A stretch of DNA of 64,000 bases from the human T2T-CHM13v2.0 reference genome, Homo sapiens. Below are positions 32,714 through 55,924 of the stretch, in pieces. Position 1 is the first letter of the stretch. Every line of letters starts with the position of its first letter. The stretch is from NCBI RefSeq assembly GCF_009914755.1, contig NC_060937.1. The stretch is one strand, 5' to 3'. The position numbers and the translations under genes were made by a program. A model generated the notes under the pieces. It made no database searches, was not told where the DNA came from, and worked only from the letters and a program-made list of their open reading frames with translations.

Positions 32714-33149
32714 TTACCCATCCTTTAAATACTAGAAGCCCTAAAGGGCCAGTTCCAGGCTCTCTCATCCTCTCGCTCCTCTTTACTCCCTTGGGTCTAC
32801 TATACCATTTGCTTTACCTAATGATTTCCAGTGCACATCTCTAGCCTTCTCTCCTGAGCTCAAGACTTAGAAATCCATCTCCCTGCCCACTTCATTCGGA
32901 TGTTTCCTAAGCTCAGGAGCTCCCCCTAGAAACTCCCTTCTCTTGTTCCCAACATCGACTAATCAGACCACACAATCCCTCCTGCTCAAAAACATGGGAC
33001 CCATCCTTGGTGATCCTTGGGTCCCCTCCTCCTGGTCAGTCAGGGAGTCCTATTATCCTAAATATAGGATCCTAAATTTCAGAGCTTTCTAAATAGTTCT
33101 CAAATCCATCCATTTCCTCCATCTGTGCTGTTATCATCCTACCCGAAAC

Positions 33150-33640
<491 letters not shown>

Positions 33641-34739
33641 CACTCTTATCTCTCCCCTGGTCTCCCTGCTTCACTCTTGCCCCTTCCAGTAGATTCTCCA
33701 CCAGCAAACCAAATCATGTTTCTCACATACTAAAAGCCCTTCAATGGCCTCCTATTTTTCTTAGAATAAAGTCTATTCTACCTAGTCTTCCTTTAATAAG
33801 CTAGTGATTGAAGATACTGTTGTCTTTTGTCTTTCATCTTTACTAAATCTCTTTTGAGACAAAAAAATTGACAGCTTTAATTTTTAAAAAGGACCTTAAA
33901 TCAAGAAATCTTTTAATTTTGTTCTTTTTTGTACAAATGTTACATTTGCTTTGCAAAAGGACTATTTCTCAGTTCGTGCCATTATTTCATATAAGAAATG
34001 CATACAAAAAGCCCTTAATTATTAAAGAAGTTGTCTTCTTTGGAAAACCCAATACATTATGCTCTGAAAGCTCTAGAGAAACCCCTTGGATAGATGGGAT
34101 TAAAATCTGAATGTTTTAATGCATGGAAAATAAAACTCTTTCTAATTTTATTTTTGTATCACGAAGACAGTGCCCTGGACATGATGGCCACTTCTTTAAA
34201 AAAACATCATCTGATGTGCCCAAATATGTTAAAAACAGGCTCAGCCTTCTGTTTCAATTCCCAGGTCAAAAGCCAGTGTGCAAAAAGGTTTTGTTGTCAT
34301 AGGTAACCTATGTTCCAAGAAAACAAAGGCACTCTGTTCAAAGTCCAAAACTCAATTTAAAAAAACGTCTATTTCATTAGTTCAAATGCAAAGGAAAAGA
34401 AATATTTGGGAATAGAAATATTTTATAAAGCTACAGGATTCCATCCCAAATATAAAATTCAATGTGGATTCTCTTCAAAAGCTTTCTATACCTTGTAATT
34501 TGCAGTGGGGTTGTGGGGACTGCTGGTAGATCTTCACAAAGTATGTCTGGAATGTTGACTGAAATCCTCAGGCACTGCTGCTTTCAGGCAGCAGAGCCCA
34601 AGTTACTGCCAGCAGGCTGCAAAAGAGCATCTCCAGGATGGCATTAACCCCTCCACATCACTGGGTGGCCATCATTAGTGCCCTCATAGGGCAGTGTCTT
34701 CTTGCCAGAGAGGGCCACAAGCAAAGGCAAGATTTTCAA

Positions 34740-35032
34740 TTGTTTTTCTTCTCAGAAACAGCATCTCAGCCTGTCACTCAGGCTGGATGCAGTGGTGTAA
34801 TCATAGCTCACTGCAGTCTCAAACTCCTGGCCTCAAGTGATCCTCCCACCTCAGCCTCCCAGGTAGCTGGAACTATAGGCATGTACCACCACACCCTGCT
34901 GATTTTTATTTTTTTTAGAGATGGGGTCTCACTATGTTACCCAGGCTGGTCTTGAACTCCTGGCCTCAAGTGATCTTCCCACTTCGGCCTCTCATAGTGC
35001 TGGAGTTATAAGTGTGAGCCACCACACCCACC
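34740..35032 (-). mobile_element. Alu (J-type)
   Basis: Diverged dimer; perfect TSD CAAAGGCAAGATTTTC. Confidence 0.92.
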
Positions 35033-35174
35033 CAAAGGCAAGATTTTCTAGGGACAAATTCAGGAGAGATGACAGTGGCTTCTGCAAAGTAGGAATCAAA
35101 TAATCTGAAATGTGTGATGGGTTTGAATGGACAGAACTTGAGGGGAGAGGAGGAGAAGAATAAAAAACACTCAA

Positions 35175-35515
35175 ACAACACAGAGAAGGAAGCCAGTCAG
35201 AAGGACCACATATTATGTAATTCCCTTCCATAGGAAAAATCCAGAATAGACAAAGCCATAAAGACAGAAAAGAGATTTGTGGTTGCCTAGGGCTAGGGGG
35301 AAAGAATGGGGGAGTTGAGGGTTGATAGCTAAAGGGTACAGGGTTTCTTTTTGGCATAACGAAAATATCCTAAGTTTTATAATAGCGATGGTTGCACAAC
35401 TCTGTGAATATACTGAAAGGTAATGAATTGTACATTTGAAGTTGATGAATTGTATGGGATGCAAATTATGTCTCAATAAACCTGTTAAAAAGTAAAAATA
35501 AATAAGAAAAATTTA
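35175..35515 (+). mobile_element. L1MB-like 3' end
   Basis: GAAGCCAGTCAGAAGGACCACATATT..GTGGTTGCCTAGGG..GGTTGCACAACTCTGTGAATATACT..CTCAATAAA. Confidence 0.75.
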
Positions 35516-35774
35516 AAAATACCCCCCTCAAAAAAGGCAAGAAAGAAGGTTTTAAAGATTTTGAACAGTTATTTCTTGTGATGCATATACAGCTGTTTCT
35601 CAAATTTTTTTCCCCAAATCAGTTATCAACCACTGGCTTCCTGCTATATGACATGAAGAGTTAACTTCTTACACACAATCCCCCCCAGAGCACCCATGCA
35701 CACATATACTTTCTCCTCCTACCATCCTCCCATTATAGCTGTATTGTAATTTTTGGTGAGATCAATATTCAGCG

Positions 35775-36990
<1,216 letters not shown>

Positions 36991-37216
36991 TATAGTATAA
37001 ACATATTTTATATGTTTTTATTTGTATTTATTATGTATGCAAAGAGTCTTCAAAAAGTTCATGGAAAATACATATTGTGAAAAAACCATGCATGGATTTC
37101 AACATTTTTTTTTGCACCAAAATAAAACTCATACTAACTTGGTATAACCTGGTTAAACAAGATCTAGTTTAAAGCACTAAAGATAAGACATCAGTTTGAA
37201 AAGAGCCCTTATCAGA

Positions 37217-37644
37217 CTGGATTAAGAAAATGTGGCACATATACACCATGGAATACTATGCAGCCATAAAAAAGGATGAGTTCATGTCCTTTGTAGGGAC
37301 ATGGGTGAAGCTGGAAACCATAATTCTGAGCAAACTATTGCAAGGACAGAAAACCAAACACTGCATGTTCTCACTCATAGGTGGGAATTGAACAATGAGA
37401 AACTTGGACACAGGATGAGGAAAAGCACACACCAGGGCCTGTCATGGGGTGGGGGGAGGGGGGAGGGATAGCATTAGGAGTTATACCTAATGTAAATGAC
37501 GAGTTAAGGATGCAGCACACCAACGTGGCACATGTATACATATGTAACAAACCTGCATGTTCTGCACATGGACCCTAGAACTTGAAGTATAATAAAAATA
37601 AAAATCATAATAATAATAATAACAATTTAAAAAAAGAAAGAAAA
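37217..37644 (+). mobile_element. 5'-truncated L1PA 3' end inserted in HSMAR2
   Basis: GAAAATGTGGCACATATACACCATGGAATACTATGCAGCC, G-rich tract, A tail; TSD GAAAAGAGCCCYTATCAGA at 37198-37216 and 37645-37663. Confidence 0.93.
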
Positions 37645-37891
37645 GAAAAGAGCCCCTATCAGAGCAACATGAATTCTGCTACAATTGAAGCAAGAAGAAA
37701 CATAAAATTTTATGGTGACAGGTGGAAGAAGGGTGATGTTTTATGAAAAGTTTATGGGGACAATGCCCCCAAAGAAATCTCCAGTTTACAAATGAATAAC
37801 TCATTTTAAGAAGGGATGAGAAGATCTTGAAGATGAAGCCTGCAGTGACAGACTATCCAAATTCATTTTTGAGGGGGAAAAAAGTCATCTT

Positions 37892-38206
37892 GGACAGGTG
37901 CAGTGGCTCACACCCGTAATCCCAGCACTTTGGGAGGCCGAGGCGGGTGGATCACGAGGTCAGGAGATCGAGACCATCCTGGCTAACACGGTGAAACCCC
38001 ATTTCTACTAAAATACAAAAAATTAGCCGGGCACGGTGGTGGGCACCTGTAGTGCCAGCTGTTTGGGAGGCTGAGGCAGGAGAATGGAGTGAACCCAGGA
38101 GGCAGACCTTGCAGTGAGTCCAGAACATGACACTGCACTTTAGCCTGGATGACAGAGCAAGACTCCGTCTCAAAACAAAAACAAAAACAAAAACAAACAA
38201 AAAAAA
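37892..38206 (+). mobile_element. Alu (Y-like) in HSMAR2
   Basis: GATCACGAGGTCAGGAGATCGAGACCATCCTGGCTAACACG diagnostic. Confidence 0.93.
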
Positions 38207-38279
38207 CTTGTGTCCTAATTGAAGAGGACTGATGATTAACAGTAGAAACAATAGCCAACATCATAGACGTCTCAACTTT

Positions 38280-39140
38280 CCATTTATTCATTTCTTTACA
38301 TCAGTATGGACTTATGGATCCCTGTTTTATTCAATAGTGATAATCCTTTACTACCATTATTTGTTTCAATTTTAGAATTAACCCAGATTTGTCAGTGGAA
38401 GCCCATTCAAGCTGGTTTCTATGTTCTTTTGACCTGTTTCCATTATTCTTTGCTATTTCCATATTTTCTGGTACAAGATGGTTCGGCTCATGCAGTATTT
38501 TCTCTGCTCCAGCTCTGGAATCAGCCATTTCTCTAAAGAGCTCTGATTCTTTACATTGAGGGTTGTATTCGGGAGTAAGAATGCCGGCACTAGGTGTGTT
38601 CATTATTACTGGATGTCACTGATCCCAGGAGCTTTCAGCAACAGAACCTGGGAGTGTGTGTGTGCCTGCATGTGTGCGTGTGTGCTTGTGTGTGTGTGTG
38701 TGTAAATGTTCACATTCACTCATTCACATTTATACTTTTGTTTGTTTTGAGACAGAGTCTCACTCTGGTGCCTACGCTGGAGTGCAGTGGTGCGACTGTG
38801 GCTCACCACAACCTCCGCCTCTTGGGTTGAAGGAATTCTCCTTCCTCAGCCTCCAGAGTAGCTGGGATTACAGGCATGTGACACTACTGCCTGGCTAATT
38901 TTTGTATTTTTAGTGGAGACAGGGTTTCATCATGTGGGCCAGGCTGGTCTCGAACTCCTGACCTCAAATGATCCACCCACCTTGGCCTCCCAGAGTGCTG
39001 GGATTACAGGCGTGAGCCACTGCACCTGGCTCATTTATACTTTTTTATGTATCTAACTACATATATTAAAAATCATGAGTCCATACCAATCAGTATCTCC
39101 AATTCCAAACCAACAATACAGGGTCCATTCTAGTTTTCCC
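38280..39140 (-). mobile_element. Old L1 (L1MC/MD-like) 3' UTR fragment
   Basis: CTGGAATCAGCCATTTCTCTAAAGAGCTCTG motif; complementary to the same family at ~52800-53100. Confidence 0.6.
38736..39031 (-). mobile_element. Alu
   Basis: Full dimer consensus. Confidence 0.93.
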
Positions 39141-39141
39141 C

Positions 39142-39144
<3 letters not shown>

Positions 39145-39197
<53 letters not shown>

Positions 39198-39305
39198 TAT
39201 ATATACATATATATATACATATATATATACACATATATATATACATATATATATACACATATATATATACATATATATATACACACACACATATGTATAT
39301 ATATT
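39145..39305. repeat. (TA)n/(CA)n compound microsatellite
   Basis: Directly visible; pure TA run at ~39145-39187. Confidence 0.95.
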
Positions 39306-39306
39306 T

Positions 39307-39606
39307 ATTTATGAAGTAAAAATGATTTAAAAAAACAAATACAATTTGGAGGAAAACGATAGGTTTTCAAGAAATAGTGTTGAAAAAAATGGGTATTAAT
39401 ATGCAAGTAAAATCAACCTTGATACAATGATTCATTGAACCATTTACAAAAATTAACTCAAAATGGATCATAGATCTATATGAAACCTATTAATTAAACT
39501 TAAAGCTTAAAGAAAAAAATCTTCACGAATGTAGGTAAAGATTTTTAAGGTATGACACCAAATACATGATCTATAAGAGAAAAAAATATATGTTGGATTT
39601 TGCCAA
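39307..39606 (+). repeat. Left arm of a ~300-bp inverted duplication (partner 43601-43905)
   Basis: Reverse complement aligns by eye throughout; 39418-39504 is identical to the reverse complement of 43703-43789 (87 bp). Confidence 0.9.
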
Positions 39607-39798
39607 TGAGGGGCTCATTCTCATTACCTCATCTAATCCTAATTACCTCCCAAAGCCCTGTTTCCAAATAAATCACACTGGATGTAATTAATTTACATAT
39701 TAATTGGGGAGATGGGGAACACAAACATTCAGTCTATAATGGTTATAAACAGGGAAATTGATCAAATAAGTGAAAATACAGAAGAAAATGGGAGCCAG

Positions 39799-41956
<2,158 letters not shown>

Positions 41957-42382
41957 GAATATTAGTGTGTATTTTCTAACACAAACCAATTTAAGTTTTA
42001 GATTCCTAAGTGTCTATCTGCATCTAGATTTCTAACTAATGCAGAGGAGGAGGTACTTGGGAGAGGGTGCCGTAAACCAAGCCAGGAGTGCATGGCGTTG
42101 GCTGCACGGGCTGGCAGCAATTGGGGGAGACATGCAGTACAGATGGGAAGATTATTGCCCTTGGAATGCTGTGGCAACAGATGTAGTCAAACTGGCTCAG
42201 CAGTATCTTGGATTCCTTATCGTTTGGTTTCCTAATTCCGCTTAGGTGTCAGATAGTATGTACTCTCTCTTCCTGGCTTCCTTTGCTCAGCATCACTATT
42301 TTAGGATTCACCCATGTTGTTGTATGTAGCAATAGTTCATCCTTTTTTAATGCAAGTAGTATTTCATTTTATGAATATATGA

Positions 42383-42675
<293 letters not shown>

Positions 42676-42870
42676 TGAAAATTTGATAATTAATTTACTG
42701 TTGATGGATTTCAGGGTTGTTTCCAGTTTTGGCTATTACAAATAAAGCTGGTGTAAATATTCATTACAAGTCTGTGTATGGACACAGGCTCTCATTTGTT
42801 TTGGGTAAACATCTAGGAGTAAAATAGCTGGATCATATGCTGTATGTGTGTTTAACATTTCAAAACATAG

Positions 42871-43344
<474 letters not shown>

Positions 43345-43600
43345 TAAAAATAGCATCTTTTCATGTGTTTACTTGCCATTCATATATCTTCTTTGAATAT
43401 AAGATAAGATGTCTTTTCAAATCTTTTGTCTGTTTTAAAATTGGTTTTGTAACTTTCTTACTATAGTATTTTGAAAGTGCTTTTGTCTCCTGGATACAAG
43501 TCCTATGTCAAACATATTGTTTGCAAATATTTCTTCTTGGTCTATGGCTGGTGTTCTCATTTACTTAATACAGTCTTTCAAAGAGCAGAAGTTTCTAATT

Positions 43601-43905
43601 TTGGCAAAATCCAATGTATATTTTTTTCTCTTATAGATCATGTATTTAGTATCATACCTTAAAAATCTTTACCTACATTCATGAAGATTTTTTTCTATAA
43701 GTTTTAAGTTTAATTAATAGGTTTCATATAGATCTATGATCCATTTTGAGTTAATTTTTGTAAATGGTTCAATGAATCATTGTATCAAGTTTCATTTTAC
43801 TTGCATATTAATACCCATTTTTTCCCAACACTATTTCTCGAAAACCCTATTGTTTTTCCTCTAAATTGTCTTTGTTTTTTTTTAAAATCATTTTTATTTC
43901 ATAAA
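43601..43905 (-). repeat. Right arm of the inverted duplication (L1 sequence plus NUS1 pseudogene poly(A) end)
   Basis: Reverse-complement match to 39307-39606. Confidence 0.9.
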
Positions 43906-44411
43906 ATCATAAATGGGGTTTTGTAACCCAAAGGTGACACATTTATTCTTCATAGCTTCAGAATTTGATAAGCGATTCTAGACCATGCTTTCCAAACCAG
44001 TCTTCTTTGCTATTTTTCAAACTTCTGAGATCTAGTATTAAACTGCTTTATTCTAAATGTATGATTTCAGATAACTCTTCTACACTTGTTGATAAGAGTT
44101 TTCTGAAAACAGTCTATCAAATATAAAGAATGGTTTCTAAGAATCAGTAGTGACTTAAGAAATATTAAACACCTACTAATAAATCAATTATTCATTTCAA
44201 AAATAACAGAACCAGTGCTGTTCTCTGTCATAGAAGAGAACATGTAAAATTAAATTATTTTTATAGACTTTGGTAATATTTTATTCCCCACACAGACCTT
44301 CAATCCTACTTAAAGATCTTTGATGCACAGTAACCATCAGGATTTACTGAGTAAAATCCCAGGTATTAACCATGGCCCTAAAATGTGCTATTCCAAAGAG
44401 GAAGAGGTTAG

Positions 44412-44715
<304 letters not shown>

Positions 44716-45125
44716 GATGAAAATATTTTTTAAATCAACTTTGGGTATAACATGGCATACTGCCCACCAAACAAAAAAGAAAATCTAAATCTTCTTCCTT
44801 TTTAGCAGTGCCCACCTTTACTCTGAAGATTACAACATATTCATTCACCTTTTATGCTTGTTTTTCTGACTGCCTAATCTAACATTTAACTTTTTAAAAT
44901 TCTGCATTTCAATGTAGTGAGAGTTATTTTTCAAATGATCCTCACAGTCTGGAACCCAGACACCAGAACGACACTCTCAAATCACACTGTTTGACCATAA
45001 CGAAGAGAAGAAAATGGACTGATATCTGAAGATCTGTATTCCTTCTGTTCTGAAGGTGAGAAAGTTTTTAACATGGGAGAAACACAGAACTTCATTCCTC
45101 TGGAGCTCCTTTCAACACAGAATGC

Positions 45126-45479
<354 letters not shown>

Positions 45480-46677
45480 TCAATATCCTATTCTTAAAAA
45501 TTAAAGTTTGGTCACTAAGAAGGACTGAACAAAAATTATTCCCCTCCCGCCAGACACAACCAGAGCAGCTCTAATCAGGCCCCCTTCTCCCCACAAAAAC
45601 AGGGAAGTTGGCGGGGCTGAAGACTTTAAGTGTGACATTTCAGTTCCTAAAACATCGCTGCTATTTGCTCCAAGTTCTATGTCTATGTATTTCCCTCTCC
45701 AGTACGTCCCCATGTATAAGTTTATTTCCATACATACAAAGGTGCACATATGTGCACTCACGCATGCACACACAGACACACATACACACATTCTCTCAAG
45801 TCAGACATCAGACACTTGTGTTTGTTGATAAATTATGAGGATTATGGACTAGGTGTGTACAGGGTTTCATAGGTGCTTTGTGAACATCAGAGTCACTTGA
45901 GTCCTTTTCTCTAAAAGCCTAAAATCCAATTATGCAACCAATAACTACTGCTTTTCCTCACGCTGGCCACAGGCTGCATACTGATGTAGGGCAGAGAAAA
46001 AGTCGTCATAACTGATGTTTAAGTGGGCAGGCAAAGAGACAATCTCAGTAAATCTGATGTGCCGGGGAAGAAAGCCTAATGTGCTGTCCACAGGACCAAA
46101 CTTCAATACTAAATCAGGATCAGGAGAACCATTTGAACTAAGTAAACTGCCTAACATAGCTCCTTCCAAATCTGTGGGTCACTTTTGCTTCTGGGCTACT
46201 AACTGGCAAAAGTCCTGAGCAGCTCTCAGAATATCTGCTTTTCCATCTACCGGGGACAGCACCTTCACTGCCAAACGGCAATTTAGAACTTGATCACCTT
46301 TGTCGTTCCTATTTGCAAACTCTGGTGAGTATTTTGAACAATCTAGGCCCAGAAGTTCTTGCTGCTGTTTTAAAATTTCATCCATCAATATGGAAATATT
46401 TCTTTTGAAAAGATTGGTGGCCGTAAACGTGAATGTAGGAGACGGCCACGGCCATACACCACAGCACGAGGCGTGTGATGTCCGAGAAACTCGGCTCTCG
46501 TTTCACCGTGGCATCACCAGGCCCATGTGTACATCTAAATTGTTTTCTGAATCGTTGTTGAAAATCAGTTGTTCATATAGGTGTGGTCTATTTCTGTGCA
46601 CTCCATTCTGTTCCATTGGTCTATTTGTCATATTTATACCAATCCCACATTGTCTTGATGACTGCAGGATTTAATAA

Positions 46678-47056
<379 letters not shown>

Positions 47057-47098
47057 TGGTCCTTTACATTTCTATATGAATTTTAAAAGTGGCTTGTC

Positions 47099-47409
47099 GG
47101 CTGGGGGTGGTGGCTCATGCCGGTAATCCCAGCGCTTTGTAAACATCACTTTGTAAACTGCCAAGGCAGGAGGATCACATGAGGCCAGGAGTTCAAGAGC
47201 AGCCTGGGAAACATGGTGAAACCCCATCTCTACTAAAAATACAAAAATTATCCTGGTGTGGTGGTGCACGCCTGTAATCCCAGCTACTCAGGAGGCTGAG
47301 GCAGGAGAATCGCTCGAATCTGGGAGGTGGAGGTTGCAGTGGCAGAGATTGCACCACCTCACTCCAGATTGGGTGACTGAGACTCCATCTCAAAAAAAAA
47401 AAAAAAAAA
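47099..47409 (+). mobile_element. Alu with a small internal replacement
   Basis: Consensus; TSD AAAAGTGGCTTGTC. Confidence 0.93.
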
Positions 47410-47857
47410 GTGGCTTGTCAAGTTCTGTGAAAAAGTCTGCTGGAATTTTGATTGGGATTACACAGAAAGATGAGCATTTCTGAGAGATGCATCTTCAAAG
47501 GTAGGACAGGGTCTAGCTCCAGTATTTAACACTGGCCAATCCTGGGGAATTAATCCAGTGCTCCCTTGACTGGCATTTTGGGGCCATCTTTTGTATAACC
47601 AGCTCACACCCAAGTCAGGACACAGCCAGCCTCCCCTCCCTGCTCTTTGGCTAGGTTCACATTTCTGTTTCACTGAATCTCTGCACAGGAGAAGAGAGGC
47701 ATCTGCAACTCACGAGCTGCTCATTTGCTGGTTAAGTGGGAGTCCCACTGTCACCACCCCACAAAGCACGGACATCAGGGATGGTGAGATTTCTGAACCA
47801 GTAAATCCAACTGGCCCCTGGCTGGTCTGTTACTGAGGTATACAAGCCTAATGCCTA

Positions 47858-48277
<420 letters not shown>

Positions 48278-48389
48278 TCATCCTGGTAAACAGAAGTCCT
48301 TGCTATTGCTCTGAGATGGGACAAGGACACTAGACTACTTTTTAAAATCCAGTCTAAACTCTCTAATGCAAATCCAGCTATGATTTCTT

Positions 48390-48464
48390 TCCTTTTCCTT
48401 CCTCCCTTCCTCCCTTTCTTTCATTCCTTCCTTCCTTCCTTCTTTCTTTCTCTTTCTTTCTTTC

Positions 48465-48495
<31 letters not shown>

Positions 48496-48783
48496 CTTGC
48501 CAGAGTTTCTGCTCTTGTCCAAGCTGGAGTGCAATGTTGCAATCTCAGCTCACTGCAACCTCCGCCTCCCTGGTTGAAGTGATTCTGCTGCCTCAGCCAC
48601 CCAAGTAGCTGGGATTACAGGCACCCACCACCATGCCTGGCTAATTTTTTTGTATTTTTAGTAGAAACGGAGTTTCACCATGTTAGCCATGCTGGTCTCG
48701 AACTCCTGACCTTTGGTCATCCACCTGCTTCGGCCTCCCAAAGTGCTGGGATTACAGGTGTGAGCCACCGGGCATGGCCTGGC
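48390..48783 (-). mobile_element. Alu with tail expanded into a CT-rich tract (48385-48498)
   Basis: Consensus; TSD GCTATGATTTCTT. Confidence 0.93.
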
Positions 48784-49889
48784 TATGATTTCTTAAGGAG
48801 GACAAGAGGGGGAAAACCTGTCCATTTTCCTAAACTACTCTGTCTACACAATCCCTCCTTGGTCCCTCACACGAAGCACTTACAGTCTATCCGAGGTCCT
48901 GACTTGGGGAACTGACAGGATGCTCCAGAAAGAGACAGAGGCATATCGTCGGGGCCACTCTTCGGATGCTTCAAAATCTGTTTCTTTCTGTTTGCAAATG
49001 ACCCTGTGTCTAACTATCATGGCATTCGTGATCCTGCTATTGTTCTATTAATCCACAGTAATCATCTTAATGTGTGAAATCCAAACATGTTATGTAGGAA
49101 GTAGTATCACTGGGAACTGAGAAATAGATTTTTTTGGATCACAAAAGCAGCATGAAGAGGATTTATAGAAAAGTTGCTGTAAGCTGCTGTGGTTACAGTT
49201 TAGGAAATGTGGTTATTTGAATAATCATTTGAGCCTATTTTTTCTCTTAAATACTGGGAAGGGGATTGGGGCCAGTATTGCCTTCTGCTGAAGTTGTTAG
49301 CTGTCCTCCCTCACTGGCCAGCGAAGGAGGGCCTCCAAGGGAAGCCTCTGCCCTGGGTATCTTGCTGGTTAAGCTATTTCTTGGTACCAGCCTTACTCTT
49401 CATGAATCTTCTCTTTATTCATTCAGTTCCCTGGGGATTCCATCTGATTTCCTTTCCCCTTCACATCTTTTATTAATTACCCCTTAAAGTTCTTCTTCCA
49501 AAACCAATTGCAAAGTGGGAAAGAATGTGACAGTTTCTCTTCTCCTTGCTCTCCTTCATTCTCTTATTCACAAATATTTACTGAACACCTATGATGTGTT
49601 TCTCAATGTTTGAGTCAGACTCCATCTCTGTCCTGGTGAAAATGACAAGAGTGAGGCAGACAGATATTAAACGAGCAGACAACAATATGTACTTGAACGG
49701 TATTATTACATTTTAACATTTCTGAAATTGAAATGCATCTTATAGGTGATGATAATGAGAGAGAGAGACAGAGACAGAGAGAGGAGAACCTCCAAGTTAG
49801 AGGAGAGCAGTGTAATATAGTTATTCTTTAACACTTTTAGGTTTTACCTCTGCCATTTGACTGAATGCGTCTAAATAATTTGCTGAAGC

Positions 49890-53100
<3,211 letters not shown>

Positions 53101-53334
53101 GCGGAACCCATGATGAACTAAATTGAAATGATGCTAAACTAAGAGCATTCATCAATAAAATGAAGCATGACTGGAGTAGCAGCAATTGGAGACAGCATCA
53201 TTAATATCCAGATAAACAGCATCCTTTCCCTGAACTGCAGGATCCCAACAATCCAAGTATGCACAAGGGCAGCCAAGTCACCAAGAACTTGAAGCCGCCA
53301 GTTAGACTTCTGCAAAGTACCCTGGCTTAGAATC

Positions 53335-53654
<320 letters not shown>

Positions 53655-53942
53655 CTAACCCTAGTACCAGTAACTACAGCATACTTAGTAGCTGTAGGAG
53701 GTATGAATCTTGACTCACAAACTCAGAGTGTACATAAAGTATCAATTTCTTTGTTTTCATTATATCAAACTAAATCTTTCAACTCCTCAGCCTCCTAGGC
53801 TGGGAGAAAATTACATTGTCATTGGCGTTGAGGTCTCTTCTCTTCCTGGCTCTCAATGGAAGTTGGACATTCTCTGTGGTGCCTAAAACAGGCAAGACAC
53901 CATCCTATGTTTTGTGTTCTCTTTATCTTCACTCTTTCTCTC

Positions 53943-54393
<451 letters not shown>

Positions 54394-54919
54394 TATCTTC
54401 ATTTTTTATACCCACCAATGTTTCTTTCAGTCTGGCTGTTCTCTGCTTCCTTGAGGCTGGGAGCCCTATGGTTGGGGCCCCACTCACCAAGTCAGCCCCT
54501 CTGAAATCTTCACACTCCCTCTGGGAGAAGCAGAGGGCAAAGCCCACTGGCTGGAAGGAATCCCTCCTGCTGCCTTTTCTTGCCTTAAAGGCAAAATGCT
54601 TCTCTCTCATTGGTGTCCTCAAAAGAGGAGCACATTATCTCCTTCGTAAACTCCAATTTTAGAAAAATAAAGCCCAGGAAAAAAGCATTTTAAAAGTAAT
54701 TTCACCTTATCAGAGTAGCCCCCAACTTCCTCTGAGGCACTGGGTTAGTGGGGGACATGGGGGAGCACACAGGTCCTGCCTATTTTGGGATAGAGAGGAG
54801 AAGTGTTGGAAAAAATATTCCAAGAAACGGCCCTGTCACGTAGATCATAGGTGATCCTAGCTGTTTGTAAAGTGAAAACGTATGGCTTGTGTATTAATCA
54901 CGTAGAAGAATCGAGAGAG

Positions 54920-55231
54920 GGCTGGGTGCAGTGGGTCATGCCTATAATCCCAGTGCTTTGGAAGGCCGCGGTGGGGGAGGATCGATTGAGGCCCAGAGTT
55001 CAAGACCAGCCTGGGCAACATAGTGAGTCCCTGCCTCCATAAAAAATAAAATAAAAACCGGCCTAGCATGGTGGCTCCCAACTGTAGTCTCAGCTACTCA
55101 GGAGGCTGAGATGGGAGGATTGCTTGAGCTCAGCAGTTCAAGATTTCTGTGAACTATGATCATGCCACTGCACTGCAGCCTGGGTGACAGATTGAGACCC
55201 TGTCTCTCATAACAATAATAATAATAATAAA
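54920..55231 (+). mobile_element. Alu (J-type)
   Basis: Diverged dimer, (AAT)n tail. Confidence 0.9.
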
Positions 55232-55623
55232 AGAGAGGGTATGAGTTTTTAAATCAGTTTTAGGTCCATTAGGGGAACTTTGTGGTCCACTGATGAGCCC
55301 TGATCTTTCTTTGAGAATCCTTATCTGGTCCCTTCTTCTATTCATGGAAGACACACATCATGACATCCCTCACACGGCAGTCACCCAGCTCCTGCTTGAA
55401 CATGTCTGGGCACAGAAGCAGCTGCCTCCCAGGCCTTTCTAAACAGCTCTCATTGAAGGCAGCTTCTGCCTCTTTAACGTCTATTCACTGATCCAGCTTT
55501 CACCCTTTGGAGCGTTCCTGAGTTTGTCTAGTTTACTAGCAGTGGTTCCAGAGACATGATTTTAAAGTTTTTGCAGGACTCTGGGGTATCATCTGCTTGA
55601 GTCTTAAACTCATTTAAAACATC

Positions 55624-55924
<301 letters not shown>

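Larger units (their letters stand above)
37038..38276 (+). mobile_element. HSMAR2 mariner transposon, 5' part (TIR and transposase start at 37669), interrupted by an L1PA fragment and an Alu; 3' part missing
   Basis: GTCTTCAAAAAGTTCATGGAAAAT TIR; ATGAATTCTGCTACAATTGAAGCAAGA resembles MNSAKIEAR; resumes after the Alu with TGTCCTAATTGAAGAGGAC. Confidence 0.85.

Noticed and set aside
37669-38276. Active or domesticated mariner transposase
   Set aside because: Frameshifts, stops, an Alu insertion and no catalytic domain.
45945-46388. NUS1-like ORFs as a functional retrogene
   Set aside because: 5'-truncated, frameshifted, with an internal stop and an altered C-terminus (QREEKQ instead of the recalled RLGK containing the RxG motif).
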